64,000 bases of DNA from Paramecium tetraurelia (taxonomy: Eukaryota). This document shows, in pieces, positions 37,470-50,955 of the stretch. The position numbers and the translations under genes were made by a program. Below the pieces are notes generated by a model, which ran no database searches, was not told where the DNA came from, and saw nothing but the letters and a program-made list of their open reading frames with translations. The stretch is taken from positions 501,027 through 565,026 of the forward strand of contig CT868671.1 in the NCBI GenBank assembly GCA_000165425.1, in the 5' to 3' direction. The first letter of the stretch is position 1. Each line of letters starts with the position of its first letter.

Positions 37470-38996
37470 TCAAAATGCTTTTTCTGATGCTCCTCTTTAA
37501 TCTATTATGATTCCATGTAATTTTTATTAAACATTAAATTTATTTTCCAAAACAGTCTTTAAATCTTAGATTGCTATTTAATGAGACCTTTTATCATTCA
37601 AATTCGTGTATATTCTTACATTCTATAATAATGAATATATAATATACACTATTGGTGTCAAGAACAGAAATTATATAAACTTCCTTAATGATGTAAGCAT
37701 TGCTCATAGTATCAAGGTAATACTTTAAACTTTGCTCTTAAACGGGATTATTTTGTAACCCAAACACTCCTCCAGGATTTGTAAATACATCAAAATCTTC
37801 TACACCTCTTGCTCTAAAGAAACCAGCTACTTGATTTCTTGCTGCTGAACTGCTATCAGTAATTGCAATTACTTTGGATGATTTATTATTATTTTGCTGT
37901 AAAGTGTCTTAAATATTTCTAAGATAATAAGAAAATGATTTACTATTAGCCATTCTTTTATTGCTGAGATATTCCATCTATTCCAAAAAATTGTTAAAGA
38001 TTTTTTTAGAATCTAGGATCCTATTCTAATCTTTAGAGTTTATTTTACTCAATGGCATTTATTTATTATTATTATTGAGATTATTTAGAAACCTATTTTT
38101 TGGGTTGAGTAGGGTCATCAGCTGCATAAAATTTATTAAGATTTTTTTAGAAACTGGGATCATTCACCAACCTGGGATCAGGAGGCGCCTCATTAAATGG
38201 TTGGTATTTCTGTTGACTAAGGCTAGGACTTGGATACTAATTTTTAGAAGGAGTTTTTCTAACTTAAGTAGGATCATCTGCAGCAAAGAATTTATTTAAG
38301 TTTTGTTGAAATTATTGATCATTTTATATTTTTGCCTATTATCCTTGATATTACTAATTTCCTTATTATGGATATTAATTGTTTGATCTAGAATTAATCT
38401 GTCTTTGATTATTAAATTTCTGGGGTTAAGAGGGATCATCAGCACCAAAAAATTTAACAAGATTCTTTTAAAATTAAGGATCTGATGGTAAGGCATTATT
38501 TGGTTTTTACTGAGATTTCTATTATACTAGATTTGGGTCATCAGCTGCAAAAAATTTAACCAGATTCTTTTGAAATTAGGCATCATTAGTATTTGATCCA
38601 GATCCTATTTAGCCAGAAGATGTAGTATAGCTATTTGCATTTTATTGGACACCATAGGGTGTATTTTTTTATTATATTGACTCTGTTTGATAACTAATTG
38701 GATTTCTGACTAAAGGAGCACCAGTAAGAGGATCTAAGGTTTGATTATGAATATACTGATGGAGCTGGCTTATAAGGCTATTTTTTTATCAAAATTAGCA
38801 TTATTCTACTACGATTGATTGTATTATTAATCAGGTCTCAGGACGGCCCCTGTTAATGGATCTAGAATTTTAATAAATGATAAGTTGATTTACTTATGCT
38901 GCTTGATTATATGTATAATTATTTTTCTTTAAGATTGATTGAATCCAGAGTAGGCTCTTATTAATATCTAGGTTTGGAACTTGGACGGTTATACAT
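37470..38996 (-). CDS. Repeat protein with five DxxFQ[KQ]NLxKF[FY]xADDP-type units and two PLTGA units
   Basis: Hand translation of the minus strand; Q/P/N-rich linkers and a globular-looking C-terminus. Confidence 0.8.
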
Positions 38997-39021
38997 TTAA
39001 TGTATTAATTAATAATAATGA

Positions 39022-39294
39022 ATGTAAAATTAGCCATAAATCAATAAGTAATGCTTTAAATTTCGCTAATCTAGGCGAAAAGCTTAGCTCCTTTTACCTC
39101 ATAATCGCTAACTCAATCATAGACAGAGAAAACGTGATATCCTTCAATTTGCTCATTAGAGATTATACGTTCTTGATCAATTCTAGATAAGATAGTAGCT
39201 TTTCGAATATCAATTTTATTATTCCAGAATAACATTGCCAAAATGCATGATCTTAATATTGCTATCAATTAGTTTAAACATACTAACTGTCTGA
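39022..39294 (+). CDS. Possible 90-aa basic protein with hydrophobic C-terminus
   Basis: ATG-to-TGA code-6 ORF divergent from the previous gene; no recognisable motif. Confidence 0.35.
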
Positions 39295-39475
39295 TCTCTA
39301 CTAACTAGTTGCTAACTATTCTTTCCTTTCAGAATGGTTTCAACTCTCATTTAATCATAATAATTTAAAAGTCAATCAATTTTAGGAGCATGACAAACCT
39401 CTCATTTTATATTTAATGAATTAATTAAAGAACCCTCAATTGTTCGACTTATAATTATAATATTTAAAATAAGAT

Positions 39476-40157
39476 TCAACCAGATCCCATAAATTATTGA
39501 GCAAATGTTCTCTTGGCTGATGCAAATACTGATGAAAAGGCTCCTCCTGTAGAACCACTAGTTTCCTATTTATCTAAACTTACAGCCTCAGTATCTCTCA
39601 TGGTTGATCTTGCTATAATCACTGATGGATCTATTGTAATAATTATTCTAATATTAATAATTCTATCTAGCTATATACCCCTGATCGCAAATCTCATCAA
39701 TTATAATTATGACTTGATCGAAGTTCTCTAATAAAGTTTTCTTATTGATATGATCTTTTGTTATGTGATTTAATGACTCATAGATTCCGTTTATGACTTA
39801 AGACAATATGATCTCATTTTCCTCAAAGTCTCCCAAAACAAACAAGTGGACTTCATTAAATGCCTTCATTACAATGTTAAACTAGCAATATTGAAATATC
39901 TCAGCTTTAAAATCATAATCATCATTTATACTTTCACTTCCCTTTGTTAAACGAGCTCCAACTCTCTTTCCCTTCTCCCAAACATTATGTTCAAATTATT
40001 TTTACACGTCAATATTAGTAAGTACACCCTCTGGTACTCTCAATAAATTCTTAGGAAACAATTAAGGGTAATATTTTGAGTATAATCTTGTACCATCCTA
40101 TGCCCTTACGAATATGATTCCAAATATTTTAGATAAAGAAGTAGATAATTAACTCAT
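39476..40157 (-). CDS. COPZ: Coatomer zeta subunit (zeta-COP)
   Basis: DGTRLYSKYY, QKQFEHNVWEK, LFVLGDFEENEIIL, KTLLENFDQVIIIIDEICDQG. Confidence 0.88.
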
Positions 40158-40484
40158 TGAATCAAATATTAATTATAATTATTTTAATCAACATCCAACA
40201 ATACTCAAATAAATTACACCTTTAGATATTGAGTGTTTTCAGATTCTCATATCAAACGTTGATTTCTTTTTATTCTTGATATATATATATTGATCTATTA
40301 ACTAAGTTTGATTAAACTCTCTTTATTTTGCAATTCAAAAAAGATGCATTAAATATTATTATTCTGACAATTCAAAGGTGCACTGCCCTATTTTGAATAA
40401 TCATAATTATATCTATGCCATTAGTATAACTAAAATGATTTGAAAAAAAGGAAAATTATTGTTATATTTAAATATTAATATAAT

Positions 40485-41570
40485 ATGTAAAGAGCGTAAT
40501 CTGCAGCACCTAATTTCGGTATTTAGACTCATGACTAAAACTAGATTTTCCTATGGAGGATATGTTTAAAATAGCAACTAGATAAACATCAGCTTTTGGA
40601 ATTGAGGGATACGAAGCCCCAAAAAAGTACGTTGATCCAATTAAATAAATGGAAGATAGAAAATTCTTAACTTAGAAGAAAGGTAATTTGCGTTCATCAC
40701 GTTAAAGGTTAAAAAAATAGAAATCATGTCACAAAAAGAGGTCATTATTTGGAAGACTTGTAAAAGCTATATGAGAAGTTACCTGCACCGAACAAGTACG
40801 ATATTGTTAAGCCGTGGGTTCCATTAAAATAGGAAGGAAGAGTCAAGAGTGCTCCTCAGAAGAGGTATTTATTCAAAAAATATGTTTAAATAGATGCACA
40901 TTTATAGACTAAATATTCAAAGAAGCAAAAGTAAGAGGAGTTCCTGGAGCAGGTAAATACAATGTGATACCAACTCTCGAAGAGGTTTTGAAATAAGTGG
41001 AAGAAGATAAGAAAAAAAAAATAACGTAATAGTTTGAAATGATTTCTCAATAGACCTGTTGAAAGACCAACTTATTTAAATGAAATTTAACATTTAGCTG
41101 TGATCAATCCAGGTCCTGGAAATTATAATCCTCATGTAAGATCTGCATGTGATTTTGATAGAGAATTGAAAAAAAGCTAAAAATAAATGAGACTAAGCCA
41201 TCTGATCAAATTGCCAAGCACAAAGAATAAGACAGAAAGAGAGGCAAATCATGTTTACCCGATATTGGTACCTACAATCCAGAACCAGTTGAATACATAT
41301 CATTTAACAAGTTGTAATAGCTTTCAAAGAAGAAGGACAAGTCTGATAAGCATGTTAAGATTATCAATTAATTAATTATAGAATTTTGGAAAAGAAGATA
41401 GATTTAAGGATCCAAAAAAAACAAAATCCAAATAAGTTCCAGTTCCAGGTCCAGGATAGTATCCTATGATTGTGTAATGGGCTGGCAAAGAGAAAGATAA
41501 AAATAATCCCAAAAAAAAGAATTATTTGGAAGTTACCACAAGAGGGATTTCTCGTTCAATATATTATTGA
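40485..41570 (+). CDS. SHIPPO/STPG (PGPGxY) repeat ciliary protein
   Basis: PAPNKYDI, VPGAGKYNV, NPGPGNYNP, PDIGTYNP, VPGPGQYP; many short introns. Confidence 0.82.
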
Positions 41571-41609
41571 ATTAAACTTTGTTAATTATTTAATTTTTCA
41601 TTATACAAA

Positions 41610-42674
41610 ATGAGTGGAATGATGAAATCTTTGTATATTGAGGACAATGTCTCAATCAATTTGAAAGATATCCCTATTCCTCAACCAGCAAACGGTTAAG
41701 TATTGATTAAGGTTGAGTGTGCTCCCATCAACCAGTTTGATAAAGAATTTCTTAATGGATACAAAATAGGTTAAAAACCATTAGTAAGTACTGTTCCTGG
41801 ATTTGAAGGATCAGGCACAGTTATAGCTTCAGGGTAACAAAGATTTTTAAATATTAAGTGGTGGTTTACTAGGGTGGTAATTAAAAGGAAATCGTGTAGC
41901 ATTTTACACAGAACATTAATTTGGAGCTTTTGGTTAGTATGCAATAGCAGATGTCAATTATTGTGCTGAATTGCCTAAACATATTTCATTCTAAGAGGGT
42001 TGTTGTAGTTTTATCAATCCAATGAGTGTATTAATGATGTATCAATTACTTGGAAATGGATCTGGAATTGTGTCTACTGGTGCATGCACTAATCTTGGTA
42101 GAATGTTAATGAGATATTGTTAATCTAAAGGAATAAATGTGATTAATATTGTTAAATCGTAAGGAGAGGAAAAACAATTAAAAGATGAAGGAGCAAAACT
42201 TATTTTAAATATTAATCAAGAGGATTTCGAAGAAAAACTCAAATTGATGGCTTCATCTTATAAGTATTCTACTTATTATTAATAGGTAGTACAACAGTTC
42301 TATTTGATTCAGTTGGAGGTGATCTATTAAGTAAAATTTTGAATCTTATGCCCAATGGTTCAAGAGCTTATCTGTATGCTAATTATTCAAAAAAATCACT
42401 TGAGGGAATCTATTGTGCTAATTTAATGTATTAAAATAAAAAAATATTTGGGTAATTGGGATTATTATTTAATAGATTTTCTTTTGTAGATATTTTATAA
42501 GGCAAAAACATAATTCAACTAAAGTTGATGATGAATGAAATTTTAAATAACATTTAGGGATGTTTTAAGACCTTGCCTACACAAATTGTAAGTTTAATTT
42601 GTATATTGTAGTTTTCATTAGAGGAATTTGAGAAAGCATTAGAATCTAAGGAGAAAGCAATATTAAAAATATGA
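41610..42674 (+). CDS. MDR-family (quinone/enoyl reductase-like) oxidoreductase
   Basis: PQPANGQVLIKVECAPINQFD, PGFEGSGTVIASG, GAFGQYA, FINPMS, LFDSVGG; no obvious catalytic Zn ligands. Confidence 0.88.
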
Positions 42675-42707
42675 TACTGTTATGATTTGTTCAATAATAA
42701 TTATAAA

Positions 42708-43156
42708 TCATGAGGAGGTGTAGTTTCCTACTTACTATTCCAATGCTACCATCTTTTAAGTGGCAGCCAATATTAATTGTTGTATCTGACTTTTTTCTTT
42801 TTTCAACTCTGTTAGTTATGATTGCAATTTAGAATTTTCATCCTTTTAAGTGTTGATGGCCTAATGATTTGAGTATCAAATACTTATCTAAGATCTCGTA
42901 ACATGGCATCCAAAGTTGGTTAAGTTGTATTTTTAATTTCTTCATTATTATTAGTAATCCTTTATTTCATGAGATGTAATTCTTATTTCAATTGGTCGAT
43001 ATCCTGCTTATAATTCTGTAGCAGTTCATTAGTTAAATCAGTAATATTCTAAATGTAAAGTGAGATAATTACAGTCACTAAGGACAAGTGATTTTTTGCA
43101 CTTGTGGCAGACTCCTATTCAAGCTTAGATGTATGAGGCTATTATATATCCTACAT
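42708..43156 (-). CDS. Small coiled-coil protein
   Basis: Two short introns; heptad-rich frame ...ENSKLQSQLTELKKEKSQIQQLI...LEQQVGNYTSS*. Confidence 0.75.
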
Positions 43157-43201
43157 TTGCAAATAATAATATTTATATTATTGATTAATCATCAATTTTA
43201 A

Positions 43202-44850
43202 ATGGGCAATAATTAATCCTGTTGTTCTGTAAGAATCAGATAACCATCTAATACTCTGGATAAAAAGGAAGTGTTTTTATTATGCGATGTTTTAAAGCAC
43301 TCACAAGAAGGCAACCAATCTACTCATTTAGATTAACAATGTTTTGAAAGAATATTCCAAGATAATCCCCTCTTTGGATAATAAGTCTTTGAGTATTGTC
43401 AAAGCTAGTTAAAAGCTAATCCTTTGCCCTTGGAAGGGTGTATCAATATACGTAATTAATATTTGAATTGATCAATAGTTTAAGGTATACTAAGTACTAC
43501 GGATATCACTCCAATCTGTCTACAGATCTGTATGGAAAATTACGATTCATAGTTACAAATTATCACAGCTTAATAAGCATTTTAATTTATTGGGGTATGG
43601 AAATAAATTCTAACTTTTTAAGTTAATAACGTCTATCTTTTTAACTTTTTGTATCAGAAAGCAGTAAATTGATGCCTCCGTTTTGGAAACTCTGGTTAAC
43701 TCACTTTTCAAAGAAAAATAAATGAAAATCAATGAGTTTTTATCAATAATGGAAGCCAATTTTCCACATGTTCAGAAATTGATTCGTTTATACCTTTAGT
43801 ACAGGTTATTGCAAAAACCATTTAATTAAATGAGAGTTGCAAAAATTGATAAAGACTCATTTAGTATCAAATATGAGTGGCTAGCTATAATGGGATTAGC
43901 AACCTCAGAGTTACACAGACATGGATAATTAACATTATTATATTAATCAGCCTTACAATCTATCAATTTTCAAGAAATCCTAAGTTCCATGCAATAAACC
44001 CAAATTCTATTTGTTGCAACATTCTAAGATGAATAAACAAATAAAAAATAAACCATAGCCATCTACAATAAATAATAATGGCAATTGGATGGCAAAGATT
44101 CAGATAATATAATTGCATTCCAATTAGCACCCTACTTTTACATTTACAGATCTAAATCCAAAAATAATTTTAATGCCAATGGCTTTGGTTATAACTTTGA
44201 TTCAAAGACTAATCGATATTTACTATGGCTTGGACAATAAAATAGTTACTTTTTAAACTCTCAAAGAGTATAACATATAACTCATTATTAGCTCTTAACT
44301 ATTGAAATATGGAGATGTGAAGAATTACAATCTAAATTAAGAAAGAGTGTAATCGAAGATGACAGAACTTCTACATTGAGTCCCAAAGATTAAAAGAAAA
44401 GAGTTTCCTTTAAATTAATGGATGAAAATCAACCAACCAGAAAAAGCTCCTCAGTCACTCCTACCACTAGAAAAGCCAACATATTAGAAAATCCTGCCGT
44501 TTTACCTCCTCCTGTCTAGCCTTTGAATAATACTCAACCATTGTAATATTAGTCCTACTATTAGCTTTCTTCAAACTACCCAAGATGGATAGGAGAGTCC
44601 TCGATCACCACATTTCAAAGCAGATAACCTTCCCACTTTTAATAATCCTCAAGGCTAAATTATGAAATCATATCCAAATCCTACCAATATTACAAATACT
44701 TAATAACCTACTAGGCCTTCATAAAATAGACCCTCTTAATCAATTATTGATAAGTATCAGACTGGACAAAGACAAACTAGAAGTTACTCAAATAATGATA
44801 TTAGGAAAAGTGTGGATGATATATTAAAGAGATATGAAAAGAAAGCATGA
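43202..44850 (+). CDS. N-acylated protein with divergent TLDc-like domain and P/S/Q-rich tail
   Basis: MGNNQSCC start; LTLLYQSA, IAFQLAPYF, NGFGY, TIEIWRC resemble TLDc landmarks. Confidence 0.55.
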
Positions 44851-44973
44851 AATGTTAATCCATATTAAAGATCTAGAAAATATTTATATTTAAATTTAGT
44901 ATTAATTGAATCTATTATTCAAAACGCTTATATAATTTCAGGCTAATTAATTTTATAATAAGTTACATTAAAT

Positions 44974-45955
44974 TCATATAAAGGTTTAATTCTAATATTT
45001 TCTCAATGAAATTTTTAATTCCTTTTTGGTCTAGGTTTATGAAGTAAGAATTTGTCCAGAATTTATATTATAATCAATCTTATATGAAAATTTAACATTT
45101 AAATTTCTTATGTGTTAATATGGTTTAAAATTATAAATTAAATAAGAAAATATACTCATTTTGTTTAGATTATTGACTTACTAAAATAACTTTAATGTAT
45201 ATCATAGCTTTATTGTGTTTGAATAATAGATTTTTGTAAAGTATCTAATAAAGTTGGTTTTGCTTGCTTTGATTAATGAATTTTTTATTATTATTAATAT
45301 TAATTTAATAATTGTTGATATTTTTAATTCAATTCATTAAATTATTATTATTTTTCATGAAATTGTAACTCTATTTTTTTAATTTATTATCTTGATTTTT
45401 CTAAATTCTATTGTAATTCACTAACATTTTATTAAGAATCTTCTTCCTATATTACGATACCTGAATTTGTTTATAGTTTTAATTTGGTTAAGAGCTTCTG
45501 TTTATCTAAATCCAATAATATAATTTTTTCATATTAATTACATATAATCTTTTCTAATTCTTGTGTATTTTAATTGTTATTCTTAAAATCTATTTCTAAT
45601 TTCTTCTTCAAATTATTATTCTACTCTTAGAAATTAGGGGTGTTAAAGTCCCTCTTATTAAAGGATGTAAAAATTTAGAATTTTTGTCTTTATATACAAT
45701 ATGATTATTTTAATACCTCTCAAATAACAATTCATCATTAAGCACTTCATTCATAAAAATAAGATCATCACACTTATTTGTTAATTCATTAATAGTTATT
45801 TGAAGTTACAATATCTTTTCTTTATAATTAATTATCTGTTCGTTATTTCCTAATGCAACTTACCTTGCTTCTAGAAGAGTTTTGATTCTGAATTTTTGAT
45901 TCATGTTTTCCATTTTCAATGCATTGATTTCTCCTTACAAGCTGATTTTATCCAT
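44974..45955 (-). CDS. Coiled-coil protein
   Basis: MDKISLQGEINALKMENMNQKFRIKTLLE...; 3' end approximate. Confidence 0.6.
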
Positions 45956-46103
45956 CTATAATTAATATTTATAATAATTCAAATGAGGCATAAAAAGATT
46001 TATATAGCTTTATAAGCAGAATAAGTTATAAGTAATTATTTTAAAAATTAAGAAATGTATATGATGATTCAATCACACTAATTAAGCTCTAATCTATAAC
46101 TAC

Positions 46104-47003
46104 TCATTTGATTTATTCTGACAAAGTTGGAAAAGGAATTTTTTCTGGTTTGATTTATTATAGCAGATGTAACAACTCCTCTTTCCCTTCCTCTAAATAC
46201 ATAACCTACTCTTAATATTAATCAACATATTCATCTTCAACTTTAGCAAAATTATTTTAAATCAATTGATCAATAGGATTAACATTGAATTTTTTTAAAG
46301 TCTTGAGATTTTACCAATATGAATTTCCCTTCTAATCCTTTAATTCAATAAAATCTGATTCGTGACTTTTAGATTTAATAAATTACTCTAATTCTTTTTA
46401 ATAATTTTAGAGTCCTATTTCAAAATATTTATTATTCAATTATTGTATATTGTTGATAAATTCTATTTCATTTAGGATGGCAATTTTTTTTTGTTGATAA
46501 TCTATTTGTTGTGTGTAATAGTTGAATTTATATTGAGAGAGTACAGAATTTATTTAAGTTTTCTAATTTTATATTTTCTTGTATTTGATAAGTGAAAGTA
46601 TAAAGAATCTTCTTTTGGCAGATTTAATTTTGGAAAAATTAAGAATGAAATTAACAAGAGGTTTAAGAATTTATTTTTATTGAAAAGTCAAAGTCTATTA
46701 TGGTTTTAGTTTAAATGATTTTAATCTTAAAAAATAAGGTCGTATGATTTTCATTTATCTCTATTTTTGAATGACTCTATGTTTTCTCTTCTTTGCAATC
46801 CATCTCCTATAAAACTTTTAAATTTAAATTATGTATCTGGTTTTCACTTAAAGTTTCTGTCTTTTCTTATATGATTCATAACATTTCTTGATTTTATTAG
46901 CTGCATTTATATATTATTATTTAGCCTATTCTTCCTTATTCTTCTCCAATTATAGATTCTTTTCCAAAGCATCAAAATATTATTATTCCAAATTTTTTTA
47001 CAT
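46104..47003 (-). CDS. Basic IQ-motif (calmodulin-binding) protein
   Basis: IIQIQKFYRRWIAKK and AANKIKKCYESYKKR; 900-nt frame. Confidence 0.65.
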
Positions 47004-47043
47004 AAATAAATAATATAAATTATATTTAATTAATTAAATAATT

Positions 47044-50000
47044 TCAATCATCTGCATTTCCCCTCTCTCCCTTGATAGTTTTTAGAAATTCATTATTGAT
47101 AACACCAGAATTAAATAAATGATAACCTACTCTCTTTATCTAAATATTTAATTTAGATCTGTCAAAGATTGTCTTCTGATTGGAAGTAAAGCCCTACAAT
47201 AATCACATTTAATAGGTACTTTTATTTTCTTATCAATAATGTACTAGTGTCTTTAGAGTAATAAAGTAGCTGATTCAGATTCTGGAGATACAAGTATTTT
47301 AATTACGAAGTTTAAAGCAAAAAAGATTACTAAAATCGATGCAAAGAACTCAATTTTATTGTCTTCTATAGAATTAGAAGTGTAGACTAACAAGCCAGCA
47401 TTAGAAAGAATACCAAAAAAGGTAATGATGTCCAAAATAACCAACCAATTACCAATACTTGCTGCTCCTTAAGGAAATGGTCTCCTTGATAAACTTACAA
47501 AATTGATCTTATCTACTTGGATCTTGCCAACATTTTGTGCAAACCCTAAAATAAAACAAGCAGGATATGACACTCCAAACACAACAAGAAAACAGAATTG
47601 AATTGTCAATTCCATGTAATCCTTAACACTTCCATCCACTTCTTCATTTGTTTGATATGGTTACAAGGCAAATTGGCTCTCAATAAAAGGGTCAATGTCA
47701 TTAAAAGCATGAGGAACAGGTATTTCATCTATTGCCTTCATTTTCTTCATCAATTTCTCTTGAACATACGGTACTACAACCGCTGTAACTAATCCTGAGA
47801 AATTGGAAATGAAGATAGTGCTTAACTAGAGAGACAGTATTTGAAAACAATCAGAGATGCCATCATTGACTTTGCATAATTCCAATGATGAAAAGTAATT
47901 GCTCAGAAAGGATATAATGAAGAATGAATTAAAACTAAATGATATTTGAATTATTACGTATTTACAAATCGAAAGATGAAGACTTTTGCCACTAAAGAAT
48001 TTTCATAAGATGATAAGATCTTATGATTCTCTAATGAATTGAAGATCATGACTAGATTTTGATAAATGAAATTAAACACAGCAATCAGTACTGAATTTAG
48101 TAATCCAGGCAATTATTAAGAGAAAAAAGGATCTGCCTTAGTTTCAATCATGTAATTTTTGAAAAAGAAAATCCCTAACACACATCCTATAACACATAAA
48201 ATGATTAAGAAACTAACAGCCAAACCAAACAATTAAGTTATTTTTCTTTTGATGGGAGGGTAGAATTATTCATTTAGATCATCATCAGTAATAGATCTTA
48301 GGAAATCTCCTTAAAATGCTGGTCTTAATGCTTCTCCTGTTTCAAAATTCAACTACCCAAATTAAACACTGAATAAAAACTATTTTCTTCTCCAATAAAC
48401 GATGAAAAGGGAACTCCAAATAACTATTGTAAATGAGAATAGAATTACTATTGGTTTTTTGTACTATCCTGTTGATTCTGATAATAGAGACTAGCATAGT
48501 ATACCTACCAATCCTATGTACCATAATTATTAAGTGTAAAATCCTAAAAATGCAAAATAAAGAGCAATCTTTTCACCAAAATAATCTCTAAGATGATGAA
48601 CTGGAATATACCAAGGACATCTAAAATTTATTCTCAGATCTTGTTTAACACTTTAAAAATCGAAATCTGTAGATTCTGCATATGATTGTAAATCCCTATA
48701 CAAATCCAAGAGACATTGTCTACTCCCTTCAAATGTTTTCTCCATAATAAATTCCTATTCAATTAATTTCTTCATAAATTTCTCTTTTTTCTCCTCTCCA
48801 AATAGAGCATAAGTATCATGAATTGGAAAATACCCAACTGCAATAAGAGATTATAACAATTTTGACATATTCACATGTTTGAGTGTGATGGCATGAGTAA
48901 TTTTAATCTTTTCCATATTATTAAATTCTGATCTATCTTTCAATTCATTTATTTCATATTTCCTCCACATCTATTTACCAAAATCATTTTGCAATTAAAA
49001 ATATTAGGTGTATGGTGCTGCTGGTTCCATACCAAGCATATCCCATATATTTCTAAGAATTATCTTTTCATCTAATAAGTCCGACCAACAACTTTTATGA
49101 GCTGAATACCAAATCTCATTTGCTTTTCTCAATGCCTTCCCAAAAATCAATCTATATAAGAAGGGTAAATTATCCCTAAATTGAAAATGGGCTTCCTTTA
49201 TCGACTCCTAATAATGCAATTGCAATAGATTTAACAATTTCGATAATAGATCCAAATAGATATAATACACTTACCATTCCTCGTCAGTTATGGAATAATC
49301 AGAATTCAATTCAACTTTCTCGTGAGATTAATCAATATTTAATTGTTTTGCAATAATCTTAAAATACTCTTCTAATTGCTCAAGTTTCTTAATTACCATA
49401 GCTCTTAACTCGATATCTTTTAATTATTTGATTTCTTATTTATAATTAGTTTCACAATACTCATCTATTTCTTTCAAAGTTGTAAAATGGAATTTTTCAT
49501 TTAATTTAATTAAATCCATTGCTTCTTTCAAATCTCCATAATTTGGACCCAAAATTTGTTTTATATAATTCTTAAGACGCAAAGGTCTAAAGTTTGCATC
49601 AACAGGCTCTAAAGAGAATAAATCAGCAAAACCCATTTCTATTTATTTCGTTACTTTCATATTCTATGCTTATCTTTAGATTACTTCCTTAGTTGACTTT
49701 ATTACTATATATATATGTTCTCCAGTTCCTGATACAAATTAACGACAATGCAAATATCCATTTCTTGACAGTTTTTCTAAAATTGTAAATCTAATCAAAG
49801 TCATCACATCTTTTGGAGCTCCATTATTTGATATCCAATCATAATCTACACCATCTTCACACATCTTTTTGACTAAATATCCTCCCTAAGACCATTTTTT
49901 CTTGAGCCTTTTAAATTATTTATCATCATTAACATCAACCTTCATTAATTCTTTAATTGGATCAATTACTTTTTGGCCAACATTTTATTAATCTTATTAT

Positions 50001-50710
50001 CCCACACCTATTTCATCCAAAAATCCCTTTTCATTTTTTAAATCAAATCCTTCATTCTCATTCATTAACTCTTCTTCTCTCTATTTATGATAAATTCTCA
50101 TGAAATCCAAATATTTTTCATAAGAATTCTTTTCAATTTTGAGTGGTTTCTCATCTTTAAGTTGTGCTAATTCTTAGGTATTATTGTTTTAGTTTTAGTT
50201 TTTATTGAACTTTTTCTTTTTCTCAGGATCCTTCTTCTGTTTTAATTTCTTTTTCTTCTTAGCTTACCCCTCATTCTAATTATCTGTAAGGTCATCAAGT
50301 GTCAAATAAGTGAGAAGAAAGGAATCTCTTTCTTTTTTTATTTAATTTTTTGTCACATCCTCTGTCATTACTGTTAAAATCTCATCAAAAATAGTAGCTG
50401 CTTCATTAAATGTTACAGCCTTTTGTGTATAACCTTCATAATCAGGATTTGGAAATACTATTGCTAAATCACCAATATTATAATCCTCATAAATATCTTA
50501 AATTTCTTGGAATTCTGCAGGATTCAAAAACTCATTTTAATGTTTATCAACCAAATCTCCAACCTTCTCAAAAATTTTTTTTTTTTTCATAAATGATTTC
50601 AAATCAACCTAATTAATGTAAAAGCCCAATATTTCTCTAATAGACTCTTCTTTATGATTTTGTATAGCATTTTGCTTGGCTCTCTTATTTTTTGAGGATT
50701 CCACCTTCAT
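47044..50710 (-). CDS. Anoctamin/TMEM16 family channel or scramblase
   Basis: LRDYFGEKIALYFAFLGFY, ENHKILSSYENSL, DYMELTIQFCFLVVFG, SRRPFPQGAASIGNW. Confidence 0.92.
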
Positions 50711-50955
50711 AATATTTTCTACTTAATGAAATATAATTAATAAAATTTCAATTTGCTATGTAATAATTATATTTAAATATAAAGATTGTAGCACTTTTTG
50801 TACATTTCCAGTTTCCAATTTCAGCCTTTACAAATACCCAAAGAAAGAGAGTGCTTTATTGATTGTTTTAAACTTGCATTTATATTATTAATTAAGTAAT
50901 CAAATCACGATTAATTTCTTTTTATTAACCATTCTTTCACGATATGATTATTAAT

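Noticed and set aside
37983..38582. Spaced direct repeats superficially like a CRISPR array
   Set aside because: Copies vary at synonymous sites, spacers are in-frame coding linkers of unequal length, the context is eukaryotic and no cas genes are present
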